Positions 10,250 to 19,416 are shown, counted from the stretch's first letter. The stretch: DNA of 64,000 nucleotides from Candidatus Moraniibacteriota bacterium (GCA_028695135.1 JAQVJM010000001.1:13718-77717); one strand, 5' to 3'. A program made the numbers and translations. Notes: a model not told the origin generated them from the sequence alone.

Positions 10250-10663
10250 ATGCTATTGATGCCAAGAAAAGTTAAATATAGGAAAATGCACAGAGGCGGA
10301 GCCATAAGAGGAAAAGTTTCTCGGGGCGGATCCGTAAGTTTTGGCAGTTACGGACTCAAGGCTATGACGGGGGGGTTGATTTCTGCCAGGCAAATTGAGG
10401 CTGCCAGGCGGGCAATGACGAGACATATCCAGAGAGGCGGAAAAATATGGATAAGAATATTTCCCGATAAGCCAATGACCAAAAAAGGAGACGAGACTCC
10501 TATGGGTAAGGGTAAAGGAGCAGTGGATCATTATGTGGCCAAGATTAAGCCTGGGAAAGTTATGTTTGAGATGGATGGCATAGAAAGAGATGTAGCCCAA
10601 AAAGCTATGGAGCTGGCTTCGCATAAATTAAGCGTCAGAACCAAATTTATAGAAAAGAATTAA
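10250..10663 (+). CDS. rplP: 50S ribosomal protein L16
   Basis: [16 protein letters not shown]... canonical L16 N-terminus; start trimmed to the ATG at 10250. Confidence 0.93.
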   Translation: MLLMPRKVKYRKMHRGGAIRGKVSRGGSVSFGSYGLKAMTGGLISARQIEAARRAMTRHIQRGGKIWIRIFPDKPMTKKGDETPMGKGKGAVDHYVAKIKPGKVMFEMDGIERDVAQKAMELASHKLSVRTKFIEKN

Positions 10664-10697
10664 TAAATCAGCTTATAGCTTTTAGGATAATAATTAC

Positions 10698-10886
10698 ATG
10701 AAAGCCAAGGAATTAAGAGAAAAAAATATCAATGAATTGAAGCGCGAGCTCGAAGAGAAAAAAGAAATTGTGAGACAATTGCGGTTTGATATTTCGCTTA
10801 AGCAGGTTAAAGATCACCGAGAGATCAGAAATACAAAAAGAGAGATAGCCAGACTGATGACTATCATAAAGGAAAGAAGCGAATAA
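10698..10886 (+). CDS. rpmC: 50S ribosomal protein L29
   Basis: 62 aa, MKAKELREKNINELKRELEEKKEIVRQLRFD... typical L29. Confidence 0.9.
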   Translation: MKAKELREKNINELKRELEEKKEIVRQLRFDISLKQVKDHREIRNTKREIARLMTIIKERSE

Positions 10887-10910
10887 TTTTTTAAATAATA
10901 ATTTTTAGAT

Positions 10911-11177
10911 ATGGAAAAAGAAGTGAAAAAAGGAGAAAAAATCCATAATGGAGCAGGAAAGAAAAAAATTACCGGAACAGTTATCAGCGATAAGATGGAG
11001 AAGACCATAGTAGTAGCTGTCGATATTTTTAAGACTCATCCTAAATATTTGAAGAAGTATAAATCCACCAAGAACTATAAAGTTCATGATGAGAAGAATA
11101 AATACAAAGTCGGCGATAAAGTTGAATTTACAAACTCCAAGCCGATCAGTAAGGGTAAGAGGTTTATTGTTTTATAA
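10911..11177 (+). CDS. rpsQ: 30S ribosomal protein S17
   Basis: 88 aa; ...KKITGTVISDKMEKTIVVAV...HPKY.K....K...HDE typical S17. Confidence 0.9.
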   Translation: MEKEVKKGEKIHNGAGKKKITGTVISDKMEKTIVVAVDIFKTHPKYLKKYKSTKNYKVHDEKNKYKVGDKVEFTNSKPISKGKRFIVL

Positions 11178-11335
11178 AATCCCTTCCTGTCCGCAACGTT
11201 TATGCGCGTGCGTTGCAGGAGGGCGAAGTACGAATTTTTAAGGATGCACGAATGGGTATAAGGAAATAAGGGGAATCATAATTTATACTAAATTATTCGT
11301 AAATTTGTATAAATTTGTAATCTATAGAGAATAGT

Positions 11336-11701
11336 ATGATACAAGCAGAGACACAATTGAAAGTAGCAGACAATTCTGGAGCAAAAATTATTGAATGCTT
11401 CAAGGTTTTAGGCGGATCTAGAAGGCGGTATGCTTATATAGGCGATATTATTGTCGCTTCGGTCAAAGTTTCCGAGCCGAGAGGCGCAGTCAAAAAAGGC
11501 GACAAGGTCAGAGCGGTTATTGTGAGACAGAAGAAAAATTTTAGGAGAAAGGATGGTTCATATATAAGATTCGATGAGAACGCGGCGGTGATAGTGGACG
11601 GGATGGAGCCCAAAGGCAGCCGAATTTTCGGTCCGATTGCCAGAGAAATAAAGGAGAAAGGATTTAATAAGATCGCATCCCTGGCAGTTGAGGTATTGTA
11701 G
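11336..11701 (+). CDS. rplN: 50S ribosomal protein L14
   Basis: [17 protein letters not shown]... canonical L14, 121 aa. Confidence 0.95.
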   Translation: MIQAETQLKVADNSGAKIIECFKVLGGSRRRYAYIGDIIVASVKVSEPRGAVKKGDKVRAVIVRQKKNFRRKDGSYIRFDENAAVIVDGMEPKGSRIFGPIAREIKEKGFNKIASLAVEVL

Positions 11702-11753
11702 CTCCTGCATGCCGGTAGGCAGGTATAAATTCGTAATTTGTAGAGAATATAAT

Positions 11754-12065
11754 ATGAGGATTAAAAAGAGCGATAAAGTAAAAATAATTCACGGAAAAGA
11801 TTCAGGAAAAGAAGGCAAGGTGTTGCGTGTTTTTAAAAGTGAAGGGAAAGTGGTTGTAGAAGGAGCAAATATCGCCAAAAAACATACTCGGCCGAAAAAA
11901 GAAGGTCAAAAAGGACAAAGAGTAGAAGTCGCGATGCCGATCGATGTCTCTAATGTCATGCTGGTATGCCCTCACTGCGGTAAAGTGACTCGGATTGGCT
12001 ATAAGGCAACTGATGGAAAGAAAAGCAGGATATGCAAGAAATGCAAAAAAGAAATAATCAGCTAA
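11754..12065 (+). CDS. rplX: 50S ribosomal protein L24
   Basis: MRIKKSDKVKIIHGKDSGKEGKVLRV... (KOW motif); start trimmed to 11754. Confidence 0.92.
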   Translation: MRIKKSDKVKIIHGKDSGKEGKVLRVFKSEGKVVVEGANIAKKHTRPKKEGQKGQRVEVAMPIDVSNVMLVCPHCGKVTRIGYKATDGKKSRICKKCKKEIIS

Positions 12066-12069
12066 AATT

Positions 12070-12642
12070 ATGAAAATTACGAATATTAAAATTAAATATA
12101 AGGAAGAGGCGGTAGCTAAGCTTAAGGATAGATTCGGATACAAGAATATTTTTTCTGTTCCCAGAATAGAAAAGGTAGTGGTTAATTCAGGAATCGGACG
12201 CTTTGAAAAAGAGAATGAAAAGATAAAAGATATAGTGGAAACCTTCAGAATGATTGCCGGGCAGAATCCCATTATGGCTAAAGCTCGAAAATCCATTTCC
12301 GGATTCAAGGTAAGGCAAGGCGCAGATGTTGGAGTGAAAGTTACATTAAGAGGAAAAAGAATGTGGGATTTTATAGATAAGATGGTGAACATTACTTTTC
12401 CGAGAACCAGGGATTTCCAAGGAATCAAATTAAGCAGCATCAGTTCCGAAGGGGATCTTAACCTGGGGATAAAAGAGCAGATAGTTTTTCCCGAGATAAC
12501 TCCGGAAGAAGTGAGGCATATTTTCAGTTTGCAGATAAATGTAAAGACTACCGCCAAGACCGCAGAAGAAGGGGAGGCTTTGTTCAGAGCGCTGGGATTT
12601 CCTCTAGTAGAAAAAAATAGTTTATATAGAATAAAAGATTAA
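12070..12642 (+). CDS. rplE: 50S ribosomal protein L5
   Basis: 190 aa; ...[16 protein letters not shown]..., ...FPEI... typical L5. Confidence 0.93.
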   Translation: MKITNIKIKYKEEAVAKLKDRFGYKNIFSVPRIEKVVVNSGIGRFEKENEKIKDIVETFRMIAGQNPIMAKARKSISGFKVRQGADVGVKVTLRGKRMWDFIDKMVNITFPRTRDFQGIKLSSISSEGDLNLGIKEQIVFPEITPEEVRHIFSLQINVKTTAKTAEEGEALFRALGFPLVEKNSLYRIKD

Positions 12643-12646
12643 TTTT

Positions 12647-12832
12647 ATGGCAAAAACATCAGTGATAGCCAAGGCTAAAAAAACTCCTAAATTTTCCACC
12701 CGAAAAGTGAGACGTTGCTGGAGATGCGGAAGGAAGCGGGGATATATGAGGAAATTCGACATTTGCAGAATTTGTTTCCGCGAATTGGCAAGCAAAGGAG
12801 AAATTCCGGGAGTCAAGAAGAGCAGCTGGTAA
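12647..12832 (+). CDS. rpsZ: 30S ribosomal protein S14 type Z (zinc-binding)
   Basis: 61 aa with [20 protein letters not shown] (two CxxC pairs) typical of S14-Z. Confidence 0.9.
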   Translation: MAKTSVIAKAKKTPKFSTRKVRRCWRCGRKRGYMRKFDICRICFRELASKGEIPGVKKSSW

Positions 12833-12904
12833 AAAACATGTAACCTATAACGCATAACGTGGATCGTTTCACGCTTCACGATATGCGATTTACGACAACA
12901 AAGT

Positions 12905-13312
12905 ATGTTAGATCCAATTAGCGATATGTTAACAAGAATAAGAAATGCTCAGAAATCGGGTCATGCCGAGGTGTTTTTTCCTGCTTCAAAGTTCAAAGAG
13001 TCCATAATTAAGATACTTATGAAAAAGGGATTTGTAAACGATATGGATAAAATTGAGGGGAAGAGTTTCGACACGCTTAAGCTTTTTTTGAAATATGAAA
13101 GGGAAGAAAATTCCAGCAGATTGAGACCGGCTATCAATGAGATAAAAAGGATCAGCAAAGAAGGTCAAAGGATCTATGTGGACAGTAAGGGCATCAGAAA
13201 AGTTAAAAATGGGCGCGGGGTTTTGATCGTTTCCACTTCTCAGGGAGTAATGAGCGGAGAAGAAGCTAGAAAAAAAGGAGTGGGAGGAGAAATAATCTGC
13301 GAAGTTTGGTAA
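12905..13312 (+). CDS. rpsH: 30S ribosomal protein S8
   Basis: MLDPISDMLTRIRNAQ... canonical S8 start; 135 aa. Confidence 0.93.
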   Translation: MLDPISDMLTRIRNAQKSGHAEVFFPASKFKESIIKILMKKGFVNDMDKIEGKSFDTLKLFLKYEREENSSRLRPAINEIKRISKEGQRIYVDSKGIRKVKNGRGVLIVSTSQGVMSGEEARKKGVGGEIICEVW

Positions 13313-13383
13313 ATTAATCATATAGCGCGTAGCGCACGACCTGGAACGTTCCGGGTTATGCGATATGCGATTCGAGATAAAAT

Positions 13384-13926
13384 ATGTCTAGAATAGGAAA
13401 AAAGCCAATTGAAATACCTTCCGGAGTGCAGATAGAAATAAAGGATAACAGGATAAAAGTTTCCGGTCCCAAGGGTTCTTTGGAGATGATGATTGTTTAT
13501 GAAGTAAAGGTAGAATTGAAGGATAACGCTGTTATTGTAGATCGCAAGCAAAAAAGCAAGAGAGCTTCCGCTATGTGGGGAACGACCAATAGGCTCATAT
13601 CCAATATGATAAAAGGCGTGACTGAAGGTTTTGAAAAGAGGCTTGAGCTTAACGGCGTAGGCTACAGAATGGCGGTTAAGGGAAATCAGCTCGATCTGGC
13701 TCTGGGATTTTCTCATCCTGTTTTGATCGATATTCCGGAAGGAATTACGGCCAAGATAGAGGAAGGAGCCTTATCCATATCGGGAGCGGACAAGCAAGCG
13801 GTCGGACAATTTGCCGCTGAAGTGAGGGGGCTTAAGCCGGTTGAGCCTTACAAGGGAAAAGGATTTAAATATTCCGATGAGATAGTTCGAAGGAAGGAAG
13901 GCAAGAAGGCTGTTGCCGGAGAATAA
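13384..13926 (+). CDS. rplF: 50S ribosomal protein L6
   Basis: MSRIGKKPIEIPSGVQIEIKDNRIKVSGPKGSLE... canonical L6. Confidence 0.93.
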   Translation: MSRIGKKPIEIPSGVQIEIKDNRIKVSGPKGSLEMMIVYEVKVELKDNAVIVDRKQKSKRASAMWGTTNRLISNMIKGVTEGFEKRLELNGVGYRMAVKGNQLDLALGFSHPVLIDIPEGITAKIEEGALSISGADKQAVGQFAAEVRGLKPVEPYKGKGFKYSDEIVRRKEGKKAVAGE

Positions 13927-14013
13927 AATAGTTAAAAGCAGACAGTTTGCAGTTCACATAAGATAATAAGAACCGTGAATCGCTGACTGATAATAACCAA
14001 GAACCAAAATATT

Positions 14014-14352
14014 ATGAGTAGAAATATCAATAGATTGCGCAGACAAAAAAGAATACGCGCCAAGGTTTCCGGCACTGTTCGAAAGCCTCGCCTATCCGTG
14101 TTCAAGAGCCTTACGGAAATGTATATACAGATCATCGATGATGAAAGCGGAAAAACAATCCTGAGCGCCAGCCTGAGCGAAGTCTCCAAGAAGAATAATT
14201 TGGAAGGTGCCAAAAAATTAGGAAAGCTTGTGGCCGAAAAATGCAAAAAAGCCAAGATAGAAGAGATAGTTTTTGATAGAGGGGGATATAAATATCACGG
14301 AAAAGTGAAAGCGGTGGCGGAAGAAGCGAGAAAGAGCGGGTTAAAATTTTAA
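14014..14352 (+). CDS. rplR: 50S ribosomal protein L18
   Basis: 112 aa; ...RLRRQKRIRAK..G...PRLSVFKS...YIQIIDDESGKTILSAS typical L18. Confidence 0.9.
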   Translation: MSRNINRLRRQKRIRAKVSGTVRKPRLSVFKSLTEMYIQIIDDESGKTILSASLSEVSKKNNLEGAKKLGKLVAEKCKKAKIEEIVFDRGGYKYHGKVKAVAEEARKSGLKF

Positions 14353-14470
14353 AAATCCACGAATTTACAAATCTGCTACAAATCTACAAATAAGATAATA
14401 TGTGATATAAAATGTCTAATTTGTATATATGTAAGAGATTTGTATATTTGCGGGGATAATTTCATATTTT

Positions 14471-14986
14471 ATGGATAAAGATAATAATAAATCGAGAAAA
14501 TTTAAATCTAGGAGGCCAAGAAGAGAAAAGCCTGAATTCGAGCAGAAGCTTTTGGATTTGGCCAGAGTTACTCGCGTGGTGAAAGGCGGACGCCGTTTCA
14601 GTTTTCGCGCCACGATGGTTATCGGTGATAGGAAAGGACGAGTGGGAGCAGGAGTGGGCAAAGGAACAGATGTTTCTATCGCGATCGGCAAAGCAGTCAA
14701 CGATGCTAAAAAGAACATGATAAGCATAGATGCGAGCCAAGGAACAATTTTTCATGACGTGAAAGCTAAACTGGGAAGCGCCAGAGTGATGCTTAAGCCG
14801 GCCAGGGAAGGACGCGGAATCGTGGCTGGAGGAGCGGTGAGAGCCGTTATTGATCTGGCGGGATTAAAAGATATCGTTTCCAAATCCCAAGGATCGGCCA
14901 ATAAGCTCAACGTGGCCAGGGCGACGGTCATGGCGCTCAAGGGAATCAAAGAGCCCGGGAAAGTATTAGAGAAAAAAGAGAAATAG
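14471..14986 (+). CDS. rpsE: 30S ribosomal protein S5
   Basis: ...LLDLARVTRVVKGGRRFSFRATMVIGDRKGRVGAGVGK... canonical S5. Confidence 0.93.
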   Translation: MDKDNNKSRKFKSRRPRREKPEFEQKLLDLARVTRVVKGGRRFSFRATMVIGDRKGRVGAGVGKGTDVSIAIGKAVNDAKKNMISIDASQGTIFHDVKAKLGSARVMLKPAREGRGIVAGGAVRAVIDLAGLKDIVSKSQGSANKLNVARATVMALKGIKEPGKVLEKKEK

Positions 14987-15169
14987 TCATTCGAGGCTTA
15001 CTCCATCCCGCAACTGGTTCCGAGAAGATCTGAAGGCAGGCGGAAGATATATCAAAGCGCCTTCACAAAGTTGCGGTTTGGAATTAATTTATATATAAAG
15101 ATCGGTCAGCGGATCAGTGCGGGATGCTTATTTTTATGGTCACTCGCTCTGCTCGCGGAAAAAAATGGC

Positions 15170-15697
15170 ATGCAGATACATGAATTAAAAGTTAAAGGCA
15201 AAAAGTCCCGCAAAAGGATCGGAAGAGGCGGGAAAAGAGGTACGTATTCGGGCAAAGGGATGAAGGGTCAAAAGGCCAGATCCGGAGGAAATGTCGATCC
15301 TCTCTTTGAAGGCGGACGGACAACGCTCATAGATAAGTTAAAGAAAGTTCGCGGATTTAAGGCTATTGTTGCCAAAAAGAGCGTGGTTAATCTGGAAATT
15401 ATCGACAAAAAGTTTAAAAATGGAGATACAGTAAGCTTAAATGCTCTCGTAGAAGCCGGAGCGGTTCAAAAGAGCAAAGCCGGAAGAGGAGTTAAAATTC
15501 TTGGGAATGGAAAATTGAAGAAAAAACTTTATATTGATAAAGAAATATTGTTATCGAAATCTGCCAAAGAAGCTATTGAGAAAGCCGGGGGTAGCATCGG
15601 CAAAAAATTGGCAAGCGGTAAGGAGAAAGGAAAAATGAAAGAGAAGCCGTCAGGCGAGCCGGCTAAAAAGACGGAGAAAAGAACAGCTAAAAAATAA
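15170..15697 (+). CDS. rplO: 50S ribosomal protein L15 with Lys-rich C-terminal tail
   Basis: MQIHELKVKGKKSRKRIGRGGKRGTYSGKGMKGQKARSG... canonical L15; start trimmed to the ATG at 15170. No rpmD (L30) gene between rpsE and rplO. Confidence 0.9.
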   Translation: MQIHELKVKGKKSRKRIGRGGKRGTYSGKGMKGQKARSGGNVDPLFEGGRTTLIDKLKKVRGFKAIVAKKSVVNLEIIDKKFKNGDTVSLNALVEAGAVQKSKAGRGVKILGNGKLKKKLYIDKEILLSKSAKEAIEKAGGSIGKKLASGKEKGKMKEKPSGEPAKKTEKRTAKK

Positions 15698-15703
15698 TTT
15701 CAG

Positions 15704-15734
15704 ACAGCCCTTAAATGGGCTGTTTTCTTGTTTT
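15704..15734 (+). terminator. Rho-independent terminator after rplO
   Basis: acagccc-ttaaat-gggctgt stem-loop followed by tttcttgtttt. Confidence 0.75.
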
Positions 15735-15746
15735 AAATACGAAATT

Positions 15747-15785
15747 AAACGGCCAAATCAATTAATTTAATTGATTTGGCCGTTT
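15747..15785. repeat. 39-bp perfect palindrome (19-bp arms, 1-nt centre): aaacggccaaatcaattaa-t-ttaattgatttggccgttt
   Basis: Exact reverse-complement arms read directly from the sequence; sits between the rplO terminator and the promoter of the next gene. Confidence 0.85.
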
Positions 15786-15803
15786 AATTCCGTCTTTTTC
15801 CGG

Positions 15804-15832
15804 TTGAAAAAGAGTTTTTTTAGTGATATATT
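15804..15832 (+). promoter_or_regulatory. Putative sigma70 promoter (TTGAAA-17-TATATT) for the 15857 gene
   Basis: ttgaaa aagagtttttttagtga tatatt, 25 bp upstream of the ATG at 15857. Confidence 0.5.
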
Positions 15833-15856
15833 AAGATCACAATATGATAAGTCTAG

Positions 15857-16255
15857 ATGAAAAATATGAAAATTAAAAAAGAAAATAGTTATTATATAAA
15901 TCCTGAGAATTTGCATGACCCCAATTTCGATAAAGGGAAAAATGCTTCTATCGCTTATGAAAGGATGGAAAGGCTGCAAAAAATTTTAAAAGAAATAAAT
16001 GAGCATATGGGATTAAAGAAAGCCTTTATCCTGGATCTGGAAAAAAGTTTTTTGAGTTTAAAGGATGATCCTTCACGTGCCGGCGCCATGGAGGAGATGG
16101 AAAAAGTCATAGAGGATGGTAGGAATGAGCTTGAGGATTTGGAGCAAAAGTCGCAGATCCTCGGAAAGATGATAACGAGTTATTTTTTGGCGCATTCGAC
16201 ACAGGAAAGTATCCTGGATAAATCAATTGACGAAAATACGGATACTGAAAATTAA
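15857..16255 (+). CDS. Hypothetical coiled-coil protein (132 aa)
   Basis: ORF with promoter and terminator context; charged, predicted helical; no recognisable family. Confidence 0.4.
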   Translation: MKNMKIKKENSYYINPENLHDPNFDKGKNASIAYERMERLQKILKEINEHMGLKKAFILDLEKSFLSLKDDPSRAGAMEEMEKVIEDGRNELEDLEQKSQILGKMITSYFLAHSTQESILDKSIDENTDTEN

Positions 16256-16355
16256 AATCCGATTCAGCGAATTATTCTTTGGGTTATTTTTCGTTTCTAA
16301 TTTCAAATCGATCTTTTCACAAGCAATCGGGCAAAAATATTTTTGAATAAAAAAT

Positions 16356-16742
16356 ATGAAAATTTTCAAAAGGGTCGCCATTATTTTTGCTATATTTATA
16401 ATCGTTCTCGCCCTAGGATGTTTTTTAGGCATTTTTTTCTATGTAAAAAAGACTTGCGATCGGGCCGAGGATAGGTATGGGGAAGGATGCCAAAATGCGC
16501 TCATAGCGGTTATGGAGGACGATAAGTCTTCAGCCAGAGAGAAAAACGACGCCATCTGGGCGATGGGACAGATGGCCGATCAAGAGTTTCTGGAAACTTT
16601 GGAAAAATTTTATGCCGGATCGGTTCCGGAAGGAAGGGAACCTCTGGATGAAGTCGTGAGCCAATACGAGATTAAAAAAGCCATCCGCTGGATAAACGAG
16701 GGAAACATAACCAGTTGGATGTATGGATGGATAAAGAAATAA
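16356..16742 (+). CDS. Hypothetical membrane-anchored protein with HEAT/PBS-lyase-like repeat
   Basis: N-terminal TM helix (VAIIFAIFIIVLALGCFLGIFFYV), then a DAIWAMGQMADQEFLETLEKF HEAT-like motif. Confidence 0.35.
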   Translation: MKIFKRVAIIFAIFIIVLALGCFLGIFFYVKKTCDRAEDRYGEGCQNALIAVMEDDKSSAREKNDAIWAMGQMADQEFLETLEKFYAGSVPEGREPLDEVVSQYEIKKAIRWINEGNITSWMYGWIKK

Positions 16743-16808
16743 ACATATAAAAAGCACAAGAAATGTGGCGTAAATTGACGGTCGTAGGATTACTGTACAG
16801 CTAAAATT

Positions 16809-17093
16809 ATGAAACATCTCGATATAAAAATTTTTGGGAGAGTGCAAGGAGTGTTTTTCAGGATTTCCGCCCGAAAGAAAGCTGAAAAGTTGGGAATTTC
16901 CGGATACGTCAAGAATATGGAGGACAAGACTGTTAAAATCGAGGCGGAAGGAGAGGAGGAAAATTTAAAAAATTTTTTAGATTGGTGCAGGAAGGGTCCG
17001 TTGATGGCCAAAGTTTCAAGATTGGATCATGAAGAAAGCGAAGACATTAAAGGATATAAAGGATTTGAGATAGAATATAAAACAACGGATTGA
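16809..17093 (+). CDS. acyP: Acylphosphatase
   Basis: 94 aa; ...IFGRVQGVFFR...GISGYVKNMEDKTVKIEAEGEE... canonical acylphosphatase signatures. Confidence 0.85.
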   Translation: MKHLDIKIFGRVQGVFFRISARKKAEKLGISGYVKNMEDKTVKIEAEGEEENLKNFLDWCRKGPLMAKVSRLDHEESEDIKGYKGFEIEYKTTD

Positions 17094-17165
17094 TTCAGAT
17101 GCGGTTGTAATGATTAAATATGAAATGATGTAATAATAAATTATATAATTTTATAGTTAGAAAAT

Positions 17166-18686
17166 ATGCTTCCAAAAACCATCCGATCATTATGGACGGC
17201 GACAACGCCCGAGACGGATTATCCGGAGCTGAGCTCGGAGATCGAAGCGGATGTGGCGATAGTCGGCGGGGGAATGGCCGGCCTCAGCGCCGCTTATTTT
17301 TTGGCGAAAGAAAATTTCAAGGTGGCCGTGATAGAATCTTCCAGGATCGCCACAGGCACTTCCGGAAATACGACAGCCAAGGTGACATCCCAGCATAATC
17401 TGAAATATGCTTTTTTGAAAAAGCATTTCGGATCGAGAAAAGCCCGGATCTATGCTGATTCTAACCAGTGGGCTATTGCGGAAACGGAGAGGATAATCCG
17501 AGAAGAAAAAATAGATTGTGATTTCACGCGCTCTCCAGCCTATGTTTATGCGCTTACGGATGAAGGATTTGAAGATATAAAGAGAGAAAACAGGATCTGC
17601 CAAGAGCTGGGACTACCTTCATCAGTAGTTGAAGAAGTAGAATCGATCCCTTTTCCGATCAGAGGCGCCATAAAATTTGAAAATCAAGCCTATTTCCATC
17701 CCCGCAAGTATCTTCTGGCGCTGGCAGATAAGATAACTGATAAGGGAGGAAAGATTTTTGAAAATACGGAAGCTGTAAGTATCAGATCAGGGAAAAATCC
17801 GGCTGTTATTACCGCAAAAGGGAATATAAGGGCGGATCATATAATAGTAGCGACAAATTATCCGTTTTTTGACAGAGGCTTATTTTCTCTGCGCACGAGC
17901 CAGTCGCGCTCATACGGTTTGGCGGCTAACCCGGGAAATTCCTGTCCAGAAGGGATGTTCATTAATAACGAAGGCGAAGTTTTTTCTTTCCGTCATCATA
18001 AGTCGGGAGAAAAAAACTGGATTATTGTCGGAGGGGAAAACCATATTGCCGGAGAAGAAGAGGGGAAAGACCATTTTTCCAGTTTGGAGAAGTCAGCAGG
18101 CCAAAAGCTTATGGTTGGGAATGTGGAATATATTTGGTCGGCGCAAGACAGTATATCGATCGACGGCGTTCCGTTCATAGGAAAGATGCCGAATGCTGAA
18201 AATGTCTATGTTACGACAGGCTATGGCAAATGGGGGATGACGACCAGCTTAGTTTCAGCTAAGATTCTTGCGGATTCGATTATGGGAAAAAATAGCGAAT
18301 GGATGAATCTGTATAGCCCGCTGAGATTCAATTTTACCGCTTCTTTTTCCGAACTGTTTGATCTCATAAGGCGCGTGAGCAGGAGCTATTTCCGATATAT
18401 CAGGAAAGACAAGTCCGAATTGTCAGAGCCGGATCTTGATGAAGGGAGAATCATCGCATCGAAAGGTAAAAAAATTGCTGTGTATAAAGATAAATCAGGC
18501 AATATCCATTCCTATTCGGCGGTCTGTACTCATCTAGGATGCATAGTTTCTTGGAATAGTTCCGAAAAGACCTGGGACTGTCCGTGTCACGGATCGCGTT
18601 TCGATAAAGATGGAAAAGTTATCCATGGGCCGGCGAGACGTTCATTGCCGGAAATGGATATGGAGGGCGTTGAAAAAGAGTCTTAA
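17166..18686 (+). CDS. FAD-dependent oxidoreductase (DAO family) fused to C-terminal Rieske [2Fe-2S] domain
   Basis: N-terminal VAIVGGGMAGLSAAYFL dinucleotide-binding motif; C-terminal CTHLGC...CPCHGSRF Rieske CxH/CxxH motifs. Confidence 0.75.
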   Translation: MLPKTIRSLWTATTPETDYPELSSEIEADVAIVGGGMAGLSAAYFLAKENFKVAVIESSRIATGTSGNTTAKVTSQHNLKYAFLKKHFGSRKARIYADSNQWAIAETERIIREEKIDCDFTRSPAYVYALTDEGFEDIKRENRICQELGLPSSVVEEVESIPFPIRGAIKFENQAYFHPRKYLLALADKITDKGGKIFENTEAVSIRSGKNPAVITAKGNIRADHIIVATNYPFFDRGLFSLRTSQSRSYGLAANPGNSCPEGMFINNEGEVFSFRHHKSGEKNWIIVGGENHIAGEEEGKDHFSSLEKSAGQKLMVGNVEYIWSAQDSISIDGVPFIGKMPNAENVYVTTGYGKWGMTTSLVSAKILADSIMGKNSEWMNLYSPLRFNFTASFSELFDLIRRVSRSYFRYIRKDKSELSEPDLDEGRIIASKGKKIAVYKDKSGNIHSYSAVCTHLGCIVSWNSSEKTWDCPCHGSRFDKDGKVIHGPARRSLPEMDMEGVEKES

Positions 18687-18707
18687 TAATTTTTTAATTT
18701 TCAAAAT

Positions 18708-19193
18708 ATGGAAGAAGAAAAGATAAAGCCTACGAAAAAAGGAGGAAAAAATATGACTATCATATCCGTAGCTATTGTTGCAATTTTAGCAGTAATATTT
18801 TTCCTGATTAAAAGCGCTAAAGATGAATTCGATTCCATCGATATGGATATGACGAGCGATAACCTCGTCGAGAATGTCGAAAGTCTCGGCCAAGATGAGA
18901 AAGATGCGGAGGAAAACATTGAAGAGTTCGATATTTCCGCCAAGCCTTTTGAATTTTCCATCAAGGAGATCCGAGTCAAAAAGGGTGATAAGGTAAGAAT
19001 AAATCTTTCCATAGAATCCGGAATCCATGATTGGGTAATCGATGATTTTTCTTCCGCCACGAGCCAGCTTTCGGCAGGGCAGTCCGGCTTTGTCGAATTT
19101 ATTGCTGACAAAACAGGCGTTTTCGAGTATTATTGCAGTGTGGGAAACCACCGGCAATTGGGCATGGTTGGAAAATTAATCGTGGAAGAATAA
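18708..19193 (+). CDS. Membrane-anchored cupredoxin (type-1 blue copper) domain protein
   Basis: N-terminal TM helix; C-terminal ...GIHDW...YYCSVGNHRQLGMVGKLIV with His/Cys/His/Met copper ligand spacing. Confidence 0.65.
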   Translation: MEEEKIKPTKKGGKNMTIISVAIVAILAVIFFLIKSAKDEFDSIDMDMTSDNLVENVESLGQDEKDAEENIEEFDISAKPFEFSIKEIRVKKGDKVRINLSIESGIHDWVIDDFSSATSQLSAGQSGFVEFIADKTGVFEYYCSVGNHRQLGMVGKLIVEE

Positions 19194-19197
19194 AAAT

Positions 19198-19416
19198 ATG
19201 CTGGCAAAAATCGCCTACTTCTTAATATTAGGAAAGCCCTTGGTATTTTATTTGGGGATTTTTACGCTTGCTTCGCTTCTATCGACTGCTGCAATAGGTT
19301 TTTTGAATATGAAAGGAATCCACAAAATACCTCTGAAATGGCACTTCAGGATGGCCGGAATAACTGTCGCGTCAGCGCTTCTCCACGGAGTCCTGGCAAT
19401 TTCGGCTTATTTCTAA
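19198..19416 (+). CDS. Small hypothetical membrane protein (72 aa, 2 TM)
   Basis: Hydrophobic ORF immediately downstream of the cupredoxin gene. Confidence 0.3.
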   Translation: MLAKIAYFLILGKPLVFYLGIFTLASLLSTAAIGFLNMKGIHKIPLKWHFRMAGITVASALLHGVLAISAYF

